A stretch of 64,000 nucleotides of DNA. It comes from Felis catus. Taxonomy: Eukaryota. The position numbers and the translations under genes are program-made. The notes beneath the pieces are model-generated. The model made no database searches and was not told the DNA's origin. It saw nothing but the letters and a program-made list of their open reading frames with translations. The DNA is taken from positions 117,988,001 through 118,052,000 of the forward strand of contig NC_058373.1 in NCBI RefSeq assembly GCF_018350175.1. Reading direction: 5' to 3'. This document shows positions 1 through 11,889 of the stretch, piece after piece (the first letter of the stretch is position 1; each line of letters starts with the position of its first letter).

Positions 1-259
1 AGCCAAATTAATGCATTGTGTAGGTATGCATGGAGCAGGGCAAATAACGTTGGAGAATGGTACATAAAGAGAATAACCCACACATCACCAATCCACAGTA
101 GCGCCCCGGTCCCTTCTCATCACTTGATCCTGTTTTATTCTTTCATTGCACTTACCATTACCTGTTTTATCTTTATGTCTTTGTTCCTCCTGCCCCACCG
201 TTAGAATGTAAGTTCCTTGAAAGCAAGGATTTTTGTCTGTCCAAAACTATATCCCCACA

Positions 260-578
260 TGGAATGTTGGAGCCCAAGAGTGAGGAAGGCATCCTCCTTG
301 GAGGGGGGTGGAGAGTAAGGCCCAGCACGGGTTCTCAGAGCCTGTGTGGGGTTGGGAGGGCATCGGCACTGGGAAAGGAATGGTGGCAGAGAATCCTGTA
401 TGTGTGGCTATATCCAGAAGAGTTGATCAAATAAGTAAGCAAGTTAAAGATAATTCACTGTTAGAGAAGAAGATACAAATATGGAAAGGGAGAAAACTTG
501 TATGAGCCCTGCGATGATGGATTGGAGTTGGAGGTACTCGTGTTAGTTCATGGTTTTCGACATAGGTAGGTAGGTAGG

Positions 579-620
<42 letters not shown>

Positions 621-2120
621 TGCAAGTAAATACAGACGCAAATGTGTGTTTGTGTATGCATTGTGTGTGGAAGTGTGTGGGTGTATATTCCCAACTGTGA
701 CCCTGAGTGGGCCCTACAACAGGGACACCCTAATAACAACAAGTATGCATAGCACTCAGATCTTGGCTTCTAAATAACACTGTCCACTAAATGGTACTAG
801 GACTTCTTAGAGAAATAACTCATTTTAGGCCTGGGGCAGGGAAAAGTATCAGACGAGCCTGCAACATCTTTTGCCAGAAAAGAGTGACCAAAGAATAATG
901 AGGACATGTCAAAAGGACACAGAGGTCAGTTTGAAGAGCTTCTACTACCAAACTGGGACTATTTTAGCATAAAAATAAGTAATGATGAGAATGGATTTAA
1001 CCCACGAAGTAATGTTAGGAAACTCAGTCCATTAATTAAAATAGATTAATTAACTGAATGCTTGATAAAGAATAGGACATTTACATAGACTCACAAATAC
1101 CAAATTACAAAAAAAAAAAAAAAAGTAACCTTGTACTATGGTTATGTCAGTAAGATGTTACCATTGGGGAAATTATATGAAGGGTACAGGGACTTCTTTA
1201 TACTATTTTTGCAACTTCCTGTGAGTCTATAATTATTTCAAAATTTAAAATAACCTTTAATTTTATTTTTTTAATGTTTATTAATTGTTGACAGAGACAG
1301 ATACAGAGTACAAGCAGGGCAAGGGGCAGAGAGAGAGGGAGACACAGAATTTGAGGCAGGCTCCAGGCTCTCGAGCTGTCAGCACAATGCCTGATGTGGG
1401 ACTCGAACTCACGGACCGCGAGATCATGACCTAAGCCAAAGTAGGACATTGAACTGACTTTAGGTGTCCCTAAAATAAATTTTAATTTCAAAAAGAGATT
1501 AACTTTACATTAGAGAAGACTGTCTGACATTACTTTAATCAAGAAGTGAAAGTTAACATCATCCATAATGGGACAAATCAAAATTATGTCCCACCTTACA
1601 GGATGCAATGAGAATACAGTGTCACCTCTATGCTTTCCTTGTTGAAGATACAATCTGAATCTAAGCCTGGAAAACATAAGACACACCCAAAATGAGGGCC
1701 CAAATTGAGGGACATTCTACAAATTAACTGGCCTGCAATCATCAAAAGCATCAAGGTCATGAAAATTAAAGATTGAGGAATTGTTCTAGACCAAAGGAGA
1801 TTTGAGACATAACTAAATACAGCATGTGATTCTGAACTGGATCCTTTTGCCATAAAGAAAATTATTGGGACAATGGGTGATTCTTGAGTGGGGCCAAGAA
1901 TTGGATGGTAGCAGTATAAAAATATTAATTTCCTGATTTTGATGGTTAAATTGTGGTTACAGTATAACCAATATATACATATTTTAATATATACATATTG
2001 GTTATACTGTAGAAAATACAAACTAAGAATATTCCAGTGGGAAATTTCTCTGTATTATAGTTGGAATTTTCTATTAGTTCATGATTGTTTCAAAAAGAAG
2101 TTTTTAATTATTAAAAAAAT
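260..2120 (+). mobile_element. Old L1M (L1MC/MD-like) 3' fragment inserted into an L2; contains a SINE at 1261-1470
   Basis: L1M 3'UTR-like text. Approximate TSD aactatatcccca (about 245) and aactacatcccca (about 2123). An L2 3' end is split on either side. Confidence 0.6.
563..620. repeat. (TAGG)4(TAGA)n tetranucleotide microsatellite
   Basis: Read directly. Confidence 0.95.
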
Positions 2121-2939
2121 ACAACTACATCCCCATTACCTAGAACAGGCATAGCATTCCCAGTACTCAATAAATATTTGAACAAATTAATGAACTATTA
2201 AACAACTTCAACAAACGCATGCTTAGAAATAAAGATATCGAAATATTAACCGTAGGTTTTTTTCAAGGAATGGATTTATCATAGGTCATTTGGGGCTTTT
2301 TTTTTTTTTAAACTTTGTGCTTTTCTGTTTCTTAAATTTTTTCATCAAGTGTGTATTATTGTTGAATTGGTCAAGCTGTTCACTAGCTAAGAATGACATT
2401 TTAGAAGCACCACGAGTCTTGTCCTTGAGTTTGGGGGTTCCAACGTTTGATATTATCAGTTACTTGGACCAGATCCTTAGAAACTGCTTCAGTCCATCCA
2501 AGCACATAGAATACCAATTTTTTATTATTACTGGGATATATAACTTCCTAGTATCTAGAATATTCTTGCCCATTACCCAAAGCTCCCTCCCTTCTAGAAT
2601 CATGTTTCCTGGGTAGTAGAAGCAGTCATCAGCAGTTTGGTGAATATAATGGTACAAAGAGGGTTGGAGAGTCTTGTAGAAAATGTAATTCACATTAGGG
2701 AAAGGACTGGAGAGTTACTCTGGATGCAGATTTCCAGTGAATAAACACTGAATAAATATAAACTACTGAATAAATATTGACAAATTCTGACTACAAGGAT
2801 ACTTTTTCTGTGCTTGTGGTGGACTGCTATCACTTGATTGATGTGTTAATTTCTGTTTCTCCTGTATTGATTATATTTTCCATTAGTGTGTCCATGATGG
2901 GATTTGACGGGTATTCTAGTTCCTTTAAGCAAGGCATTT

Positions 2940-5146
2940 ACATTTTTTTTTTTAAGAGAGCAAGCAGGGGAGAGGAGCAAAGAGAGAAGGGTGGGGGAAT
3001 CCCATGCTCAGTGCAAAGCCCGACCCAGGGCTCAATCCCATGACCCTGAGATCATGACAGGTCGCTCAGCCACCCAGGCGCCCCTACATATCACCTCTTA
3101 AAATTAGTAACTTTGGCAGTTGGTTGCTGTACGTAATGTTCATTTAACACTTACATTTTATATATTTTTTAAATGTTTATTTATTAATTTTGAGAGAGAG
3201 AAGAAGCACACGTGTGTGAGCTGGGGAGGGGCAGAGGGAGAGGGAGAAAGAGAATCCCAAGCAGGCTCTGTACTGTCAGCACCGAGCCTGACATGTGGCT
3301 CGATTTCACCAACCGTGGGATCATGACCTGAGTCGAAATCAAGAGGCAGATGCTTAACTGACTCAGTCACCCAAGTGCCCCATAAATTTTACATTTTAAT
3401 AGGCACTATATTCATATGATCAAAATTCAAAAGGCACAATGAGACTTTTGGTCATCCCTGTCTCCTAACCATCCAGGTCCCCTCCCTAGAGGTAAGTGGT
3501 ATCAGTTTCCTATCTATCATTCCAGGGAGATATACATGCATACACACATACACATTTTTAACTGTATATAATACTTTACATACTGTTCTTCACCTTGCTT
3601 TTTTCACCAAGTATCTATCTTGGGGGTATTTTTTTTTTAAGTTTATTTATTTATTTTGTGAGACAGAACAAGCAAGGCAGGCACAGAGAGTCAGAATCCC
3701 AAGCAGACTCTGCATTGACAGTGGGCAGGGGCTTCGACCCACGAACTGTGAGATCATGACCTGAGCAGAAATCAAGAGTCAGACACTGAACCGACTAAGG
3801 CGTCCCTACCCTGGGGGTAATTTTATGTCAGTATATAAAAGAACCTTTCTTTTTATTTTTTTAGTGCATAGTATTCCACTATGAATGCACTATCTATCAT
3901 TTATTTAACTAGTCTCCTACTAAAAGACATTAAGATGCCTTCCAAACTTTTGCTATTACACGATATTCCATGTACCTAAGTCATTTTGCACATAAGCAAA
4001 TATATTCTTTGGATCAATTCTCAGCAGTGCAATTGCTGGGTCAAAGGGATATGCATTTTTTATTTTGATAATACTGGTATGTTGCCAAATTGTCTCCCTT
4101 AGAGGTTGTAGGAGACCTCACTGAGCATTAACTTCTGGATTTTGCCAATCTGGTTATGAAAAGGTTATGTCAGAGGAGTTTTAAACTACATTTTCCTTAT
4201 ATTGAGTGACACTGAGGATCCTTTCATGTTTTCTTCCTTTTCTGTATATGGCCACTGTTCTTTTTTTTTTTTTTTTAACTTATCTATTTATTTTGACAGA
4301 GAGGTGGGGAAAGAGAGAGAGCAACAGGGGAGGGACAGAGAGAGGGAGACCAATCAGGGGAGGGGCAGAGAGAGAGAGACAGAGAGAGACAGAGGGAGAG
4401 AGGGAGAGAGAGAGAGACAGAGAGAGAAAGAGAATATTAAGCAGGCTCTACTGCAGAGCCGACTTGGGACTCAATCTCCCAAACCGTGAGATCATGACCT
4501 AAGCTGAAATCAAGAGTTGGATACTTAACCAGCTGAGCCACCCAAGCACCCCACTGCTCATTTTTTCCATTGAGTTTATTTGTAGTACTTTATATATTAA
4601 GAAAATCACTTCTCTGTAATAGGAATTATACGTATTTTACATCAAACTGGAGTACTGTAACTTTCAATAGTTTTGAAATAGTTCCAGAGCACTAACTCTG
4701 AAACCAGATTGCCTGAGTTTAAATCCTGGCTCTGCCACTTACTGTGTGACCTTGAGCAAGTTACTTAACCTCTCTATGACTCAGTTGATCAGTGAACTAG
4801 TGATATTAATCGCACCTACCCCACAGGGCTGTTGTAATGAAAAGAATGAATCTATGGAAAGGGCTTAGAAAATATGTGGCATGACAAGGACTATATAAGT
4901 ATGTTTCTTCTTTTAATGTCAAATTTAATGTTATTAATTTTTTTTAATTTTTTTTAACATTTATTTCTGAGAGACACAGCATTAGTGGGGGAGGGGCAGA
5001 GAGCGAGGGAGACACAGAATCCGAAGGAGGCTCCAGGCTCTGAGCTGTCAGCACAGAGCCCGACGTGGGGCTCGAACTCACGGACCGTGAGATCATGCCC
5101 TGAGCCGAAGTCGGACGCTTAACTGACCAAGCCACCCAGGCGCCCC
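2940..5146 (-). mobile_element. Cluster of minus-strand Can-SINEs (about 2940-3085, 3160-3382, 3628-3807, 4260-4552, 4935-5146) plus a MIR at about 4685-4900
   Basis: Reverse complement of the GGGGCGCCTGGGTGGCTCAG head, (GA)n tract and T-rich tail. Confidence 0.85.
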
Positions 5147-6829
5147 AAATGCTATTCCTTTTAGATGCCATTTCAGAGAAAAACTTGTGCCTGCCTTGGC
5201 TTCAAATTCTGGAGATAAAATGGAAAAAGAAAAAAAAAGGAATTGTTTTTACTTTTGATGGTAAATATGCACCATCCAGATACCCAGCCTTCCTCAGAAC
5301 AGAGGGTGCTCAATCCATGGGCACGTAGGCCAAGCAGTCACCACATCTACTCCTCATAATAACCCTCTTCAGTAAGGGATCATCGTCACTTTGTGAGGTA
5401 ACTGAGGTTCACAGACAGCCAAATGACTTGCCCAAGACCAAGCTCCCTTTCGGCCTTGATTTGCAACTGTTCTTTGATCTTTCCGTGGTGCGCCTGTAGC
5501 GGATCCCCAAGGCAGAACCAGCCCTCGGGCCCGGCTGGCTGCCATTCACTCAGCTCCGGCCCCAAAGCCAACTCCTTCCTGCCATCCTCCAGCAACCCTA
5601 GCTCTTCCGGCTTGAAATCCCATTTGACTCCTCCCACAGAATTCATCAAGCCTCGCAGATGCTTCCCACTGGGAAATGTGTCTCCCATCTACCCTCTTTT
5701 CCATCCCAGCTGCCACCACTCTGGCTCAGCCCTGACTACCTTTCACAGGAACTGTTGCTGCAATAAAGCTCCTCAAGAGCCTCCCCGCCGACGTCCACAA
5801 TCTTTTCCTCTCCAGGCTCTTCTGCTGTGCTGCCCTGATCTCTCCGAAGCCCAGCGTCAGTCCTGACCTGCCCCATTCTCAAACCTTCGGACCCCTCCGC
5901 CCGGTCCGTTCCCTAACATTTGGCCCAACCTACCCGGCTGGTTTTGCTCCCCAGACTCCCCTCCCATGCAGCCAAACGAATTCCTGTTCCGTGAACAGGC
6001 TTCCAGTCAGGTTGTTTGTTCAGTTTAGAATTTCTCTCTCTGCCTTCTCTTGTGGGCCGCTCAAGCTTCACAAAGCTGTCCTTTATTGTGACTGTACTCA
6101 CTTCTCATTCCCCTCGCCACCTCTCCCCTGCTCCACACCCTGCATTTGTTTGTAAACTCCTTGAGAGCAGAAATTCTACCTTATTATGGATTGAAATGCT
6201 TTCACATAGAGATACAACTGATAAACCACACAACCCCGTTTCCTAATTGGTCCAGCCACGCATAGGGGCCTGGGTTAAAAAGGCACATGGTGTGCCAGGC
6301 CTGCTAGGGAAAATGACCAAGCCTGACCTATTTAATTTCTTTCTTTTTTCAAGCCTGGCCTATTTGCACCCAGATCTTCTCACAGAACCGTCCCTTCTGG
6401 CCAAGTGCCCATCACAGGTTTCTAGAAGTTCTGATAGCTGTCAGTTGATACCTGGTACAGAAACAGCATACACAGAACATTCTAGAAATATTGGTATGAA
6501 CAAACTTGGCGCTGGAGAGAACATCGGAACAGCAGATCAACTTCATTGTTTCATGCAGGCACAAAAAGGTAAAAGACTCGTCCTAGGTCACACAGCAAAG
6601 CGGGAAAACAGAACTAGACCTAGAAGCGAGCTTCCTAACGGCAGTTCAGGCCACTTTCCTCTGCACCTTAGAGCCATCTAGGAACAGCAGCCTCAGCCAC
6701 CTGAGGTCACTGCCCAAGAAGTCACCGCCCGTTCCTTTTTCTCCCTCATCTAAGAGACTCCTTTCCCCTTCCCTCAACAAAACCTTTCCTCCTCCCCAAG
6801 TCTCAGCTTTGAAGGTAGTAGTCCCGAGC

Positions 6830-7700
6830 GGCGAGAGGATTTCTCCGGGCTGGACCCATCAGCTTCGGGGAGACAAGGTACCCGTGGCTGGGTTAGGTAC
6901 CCACCTATTCCGAGGATGCCACCTCGGAACTTCCGGGGTCAGAACTCACTCTCCTACCCTGCCCGGCCCCGCCCCAAACGCGTCCGGCCCCGCCCCAGAC
7001 TCGCCGGCAGACACGCGGCCTCTACGCCAGGCCTGGGCTAAGCCGAACCCCCCAATCTCCGCCCCCTCCAAGATCCACCCTATTGGCGTAGACAGTCAAA
7101 AGCCACGTCCAATAAGAAGGAAGGGGCGGCCGCCTAGTCCTATCCGCTGCGACAACACAAAAACGGACGCCACTAAGTGGCGGACGCTATACCTGGGTCT
7201 TTCCGGGTCCTTCCACGCTTAGCCCGTACTGGTGCCGGTCCTGGGCCCGAGAGAGATCCAGAAGGGACGCTCTAAGAAGTAAGTGTCTGCCGACGAGCGT
7301 GACCTTTGGCGTCGGTCCGGGGGCCGCTGCTGCTCCCCTCACAGAGCTCGGGATGGGATGGGCCGCGGGGGAAGGCCGGAGAAAGGGGCGGGGAGCAGCG
7401 GAGCACGTGGAACGCCGGCCCGACCGAGGCGTGGGTGGGTGGGGGGCTGGGCCGGCGAACTACCGTGCGCGGGCTTCGTGGGCGGGCACAGCTGGGCTCG
7501 TCTCGTCTGGTAGGTTCTTCTGCTCTGAACACCGGGTGGCGGGGGGCCGCGAGTGTCGCCTCTCTGCGTCGGTCGCGAAGGAGCGTTTTTTTTTAAGCGC
7601 TGTTGCTGAAGGTGGCGCCCGACACCTGCCACTAGGTTGGACCGCGGACCCTTGGTGGCGGTTTTCCTGCAAGTTGAGGTTGTGTGCATGCTGAGCGCTT
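6830..7700 (+). promoter_or_regulatory. DCAF4: CpG-island promoter of DCAF4 (GC boxes, CCAAT boxes, ETS-like motifs)
   Basis: CpG-dense, GC-rich segment. GGCCCCGCCCC at 6965-6975 and 6986-6996; CCAAT/ATTGG at 7052, 7082 and 7109; TTCCGG motifs near 6931 and 7201. No obvious TATA box. Confidence 0.85.
7200..7278 (+). other. DCAF4: DCAF4 non-coding exon 1 (start approximate)
   Basis: Strong donor AA|GTAAGT at 7279 inside the CpG island. The next acceptor that leads into the ORF is at 20012, 8 nt before the ATG. Confidence 0.7.
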
Positions 7701-8459
7701 ACGGAGTGCTTGGCACTGTGCCGGCTATTTTCCAAGCCTTAAGTTTCCACCCCCACCAGCCCAGTGAGGTGGGCAGGACTACCTTTGTCAGACGCAGTAA
7801 GAGGCCTAGTGCGGTTTCGCTCGCCCAGGCTGACTACTGAACTAGTGAATGGTGGAGCCCCGGGTTGACCCCAAGCTTTCCGAGCTAACCTCCTCACCGA
7901 GTTGTGTGTTAGCGGGAGAGCCACCTTTTCCTGTTCTCAGGGTCCTGGAAGCCTCATCGCACCCCGCCCCCCGTTGACCTCAGTGATACCCCTTTTCCCC
8001 CAGGTGGGCGTGGGGTAGTCTACACACCTTGTCCTGTGAACCAAACAGCAAGCAGGAAAGAAACAACTTCCTGGGGGAAACAAAATTCCAAAACCCCAAA
8101 GTCTGGCTTTAAATAACAATGGAAATTAGAGTTGGAGTGGTGTTCTGTGGGTGACCAAGCCCAGGGGCCTGACCAGCGGGGGTGGGATTCCTTTTCCATC
8201 ATTCAGTGTGTCCTGCTGGGTCAGATACTTAGCCTAAGCCTCAGTTTCCTCATTGGTAAAATAGTTAAAAAAAAAAAAAAAAAAAAAACTCAAGGTTGGC
8301 TTGGCAAGCTCCTAGTAGAGGCCATTTTGTATTCTGCTTTACAAACCGTTCAGCATTAGCATTTTCCACATTACAATCCAGAGTCTCTATAACCTTAATT
8401 ACCCTGTTAGAGTTTTAGGATGTTTCTCACTTTTAAATATTATACTGATGCGTAGTAAA

Positions 8460-8613
8460 TCTTTGTTTTTGAGATATAATTCACATACCATAAAATCCAC
8501 CATTTTAAAGGGTACAGCTGGGTGGGCTTTGTAGTATATTTAGAAGGTCGTGCGACTATCCCCATGATCTTATTGCAGAACATTTTCATCACCCCAGAAA
8601 GAAACCTTGGCCC
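8460..8613 (-). mobile_element. Old L1M (L1MB/MC-like) 3' end, first part
   Basis: ttttgagatataattcacataccataaaa...catcaccccagaaagaaacc is a typical antisense L1M 3' UTR. Continues at about 11890. Confidence 0.75.
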
Positions 8614-9541
8614 CATGCAGCCCAGGCGCCCCAAAGGGGCCTTGTTGGGCTCCAGGCCGAATGCTGAGGCCCAGCTGCCAGGGCCTCCCAACCTGAGGTC
8701 TCCAGTGGGGGAGATAGAGCCTGTACCCCATGCTGAATTTTAGCCCTGGGCTGGAGCAAGGAGAATCATGCCTGCTCCCAGTGTGCAGGAAGAGTAGAGG
8801 CCCGGGGCAGCCCCATAATCCCACATGGTGTGGAGTTGATCCCACATGGTATGGAGTCGAGCAGGAGCTGTCTTGGGGGAGGGGGAGTGCCGGTTATCAG
8901 GAAAACTGGGATATTCCAGCCATAGGCCTTTTGGAGAGCTGTGCCAAATCTTGGCCGCTCCTTTGGAGAGAACTGCCTGACTGTGAGGCAAAGCCGACCT
9001 CCGGGTGAGATCCTCCATCAGGCCTCTACAGAGACCCTAGATTTTGAAGCAGGGCCCGAAAAACTCAGGAACTTGCCCAACTTCTGGATTATCCACAAGT
9101 GGAGATTCAGACTTGGAGCCAAAGGAGGTGAACCTTTGAAAGCTTACGCAGCCAAGGCAAAAATGAAATGAGATGACTTTACAGCAACTGTTAACAGCAA
9201 GGAATGGGGAAGCTACGCGGAATTAGAAAGGACAAGTCCGCAAAACCATCTGTTGGGTATGTTGTTTCACAGGCAGAACCCAATTACAGACAGCTAGAGT
9301 GGGTGCTATCCAAACAGCTTTCATCTGGAGAAACCTATTGGCAGTTCTGAAAAGCAAAAAGTCAAGGATACCAAGACTGTATTTAAGTTCTATCACTACT
9401 GAATTCTATTTCACCTCAAAGCATTACAGATACACACTGCTGCCTACCAAAATACGGCAAAGGTTAATGAGGAAGATTTATAGGTTTTTCAGAAGTTCTA
9501 GGTATCCACCAGATTATCCACCTCATTTAGATAATGTGAGA

Positions 9542-10158
9542 ACATAACCCAACAATCTGTCTCAGCCAGTACCTCAGGAAACTAAGAGGGCAGCTTTGGT
9601 TCCCTGTGAGGCCAACTGCTCCATCCCTGGGAATCCCAAGGGAGCTTGGCAAATCAAAAGCACACCTCCTGAGTAGGTTTGCCAACACTGTTTCGGAACT
9701 AACTGGGATAAACTCATGGCAAGAGAAGCCGGTAATAAGAGACAAGGGTTTGGAAAAAAACTGAGAATTTTATTTCCGTGCCGGCAACCAGAGGAGGTGG
9801 CAGGCTCCAGCCTTAACTGACGTCCCAGCCTGCAAGATGGACACCTGTAGTTTTATAGGGAGAGGTTCAGGAGGGTGTGTGCAAAAGAGCAGACAGGATG
9901 TGATCACAGTGGGTGGGTATGTGTAAAGCAAGTGATCGTGGCCTGGGGAGGGAATGTTTGGGATGTGGTCTTCGGCATTCTGTTGCTGTCAGGACTTTGC
10001 TGGCCTGGCGGTTGCAATGTTCTGGTCACTGCAAAACATCTTCATCAGTGCCTCAAGAAAGTATAATAAGAAAGATAGACAGTAGGTTTCAGAGCATGAG
10101 TTAGGTGGTCCTGTCTATTTCTGGTTTTATGTGTTGGGGTTTATAGTGCTCGCTGACA
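9542..10158 (-). mobile_element. ERV fragment: LTR (9689-10158) plus degenerate PBS and about 145 bp of internal sequence, inserted in the CIBAR1 retrocopy
   Basis: TG...CA termini, minus-strand TATAAAA at 9851-9857 and AATAAA at 9769-9774, then TGGCAAACCTACTCAGGAG resembling a tRNA-Arg PBS (TGGCGAGCCAGCCAGGAG). Splits the pseudogene peptide ...LDNVR | AD... Confidence 0.65.
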
Positions 10159-10342
10159 GCAGATTAAGAGTTCCTTTTCAGAGACTGCTGTCAGCTAAGT
10201 GTATTTGGAAGGGGACAGGTATCTACCTGTTGACTAAGAGAGGATCAACAAGCAGATGATTTGAAATGTTACAGAAGAAGAAAATTAATTTTCTTACACT
10301 TTTTTCCATTTTTATCTTAAAATGACTCAGAATCTAGGATTA

Positions 10343-10776
10343 CAATAGTACCCCTTGTCTGGGGGACACATTCCAACAGACCCAGTGGATGCCTGAAACC
10401 ATGGATGGTACTGAAACCTGTATATACTATGTTTCCCCTATACATACATACCTGTGATAAAGTTTAGTTCCTAAATTAGGCATAGTAAGAGGTGAACAAC
10501 AACTAATGATAAAGTGAACAATTACAACAGTGTACTGTGATAAAAGTTAATGTGAACATGGTCTGTCTGAAAATTTCTTATTTTACGGTATTCATCCTTT
10601 TTGTGATGATGTGATGGTAAAATGCCTGCGAGATGAATCAACATGTAGGTGTTGTGACACAAGAGGCTGTTACTGATCTCCTGGAGACATATCCAGAGGA
10701 AGATCCTCTGCTTCTAGATCTGATGGAAGATAACCAGAGCTGGGGAAAGTGAAACTGTGGGCCTGGCGGTCTGCTG
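10343..10776 (+). mobile_element. TcMar-Tigger family non-autonomous DNA transposon (MER82/MER44-like)
   Basis: Flanked by TA at 10341-10342 and 10777-10778. Degenerate CAGTAGTCCCC...GGGACTACTG-type termini and a Tigger-like internal sequence (cccagtggatgcctgaaacc). Confidence 0.7.
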
Positions 10777-11502
10777 TACTGAACTGTAAAACTTTATACT
10801 GGCCTGCCATGTTAAACCTCAGAATGAAACGCTGCTGGAAATAGGGGGGAAAATTAAGTTTGTGCTGACCTAAAATGGAGGTTTTAAAAAATAATACATA
10901 CCCCCAGTCATTTTAACCTCTTAACCTTGTGATAATGAGTGGGTTTTTTTGTATCATTACCTTCCTCTTTTTTTTTTTTTTTTTTTTTAAAGATTATGGA
11001 TTTCAAAGTGTTTCATATTGCACTGTTCCTAGTCAAGAGTGCTATCGTAAGTAGATAACAGAAACCAAAAGATCTACCAATTCCAGTTAGCTTCTTTTAG
11101 GTCGACTCCAGAAAAGGATCTTATCTAGTTGTTCTGATTAAAAAATTCTATCTCATGAAACATTAAGTAAAAACACCAATTTTTTTTTTTTAAACTTACT
11201 GAAACATGAAGTCTCATCATTCACTCTGTATATTTACCTTTCAATAGGTGTGTAACCAAACAGAATAAAGGAAATATGACACTAGTGTATCAGTGTTTTA
11301 CAAATGCACAGGCATAAATTTGAATTTAAATGAAAGTCACATTCAACCTGATTCTGGTTTTAAAACAAACAAAACTGCTGTCATAGTAAAGTATTATATA
11401 TGATACCATAGCTTTGGTTACCAAAGCTAATAATTTGGTGGAATGTTGCCTATGAAAACATAAACAGGTACACATGGAACATCATAAATCATTTAAAATT
11501 CT

Positions 11503-11691
11503 TGTTTTTGTTTTTTAATGTTTATTTTGAGAGAGAGCGCTCAGAAGGGGGGGTAGAGAAAAAGAATCCCAAGCAGACGCCACACCAGCAGTGCAGAGCC
11601 CAACTGGGGGCTCAATCTCATAACCGTGAGGTCATGACCTGAGCTGAAATCAAGAGTCAGTCACTTAACCAACTGAGCCACCAAGACACCC
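11503..11691 (-). mobile_element. Can-SINE inside the retrocopy 3' UTR, 15-bp TSD
   Basis: TSD ATCATTTAAAATTCT at 11488-11502 and 11692-11706. Confidence 0.9.
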
Positions 11692-11889
11692 ATCATTTAA
11701 AATTCTATAAAAATTTACTAAGTCAGCACCTAGATAAAGGGTGTAACAGTGACTCTCATTCCTAAAAATATAAAACTATGTAATCAAAGTCTTTATCAGC
11801 TAACCTGGGATGACTGAGAAAAGCAATTACTCATAACAGAAAAATAGACTCCTCAAGAAGCTTCTTTTATAAAGACCCTTGTGAAGGAG

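Larger units (their letters stand above)
8614..11885 (+). pseudogene. CIBAR1: Processed pseudogene of CIBAR1 (FAM92A), intronless and decayed; CDS-homologous parts about 8900-9541 and 10159-10297, then an AT-rich 3'UTR-like tail
   Basis: Frame-hopping translation gives FGELCQILAA..RTA*L*GKADL, GAKGGEPLKAYAAKAKMK*DD, LTARNGEA, HLEKPIGSSEKQKVKDTKTVF, LQIHTAAYQN, FRSSRYPPDYPPHLDNVR, QRLLSAKC..GQVSTC*LREDQQADD and VTEEEN. These are colinear with recalled FAM92A peptides (FGELCQIFAA, EAKVVEPLKTYGTIVKMKRDD, HLEETINNFERQKMKDIKTIF, LYAPDYSSRLDIVR, VTEEENFLK). Multiple stops and frameshifts. Confidence 0.88.

Noticed and set aside
7272..7735. Stack of overlapping ORFs on both strands
   Set aside because: Expected in a stop-poor CpG island. 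Peptides are low-complexity G/R/P/A with no homology I recognise.
10159..10273. Treating ...gaaatgttaca (10273) as the LTR end
   Set aside because: This stretch encodes the CIBAR1-like C-terminus (LSAKC...VTEEEN), so the LTR ends at 10158.
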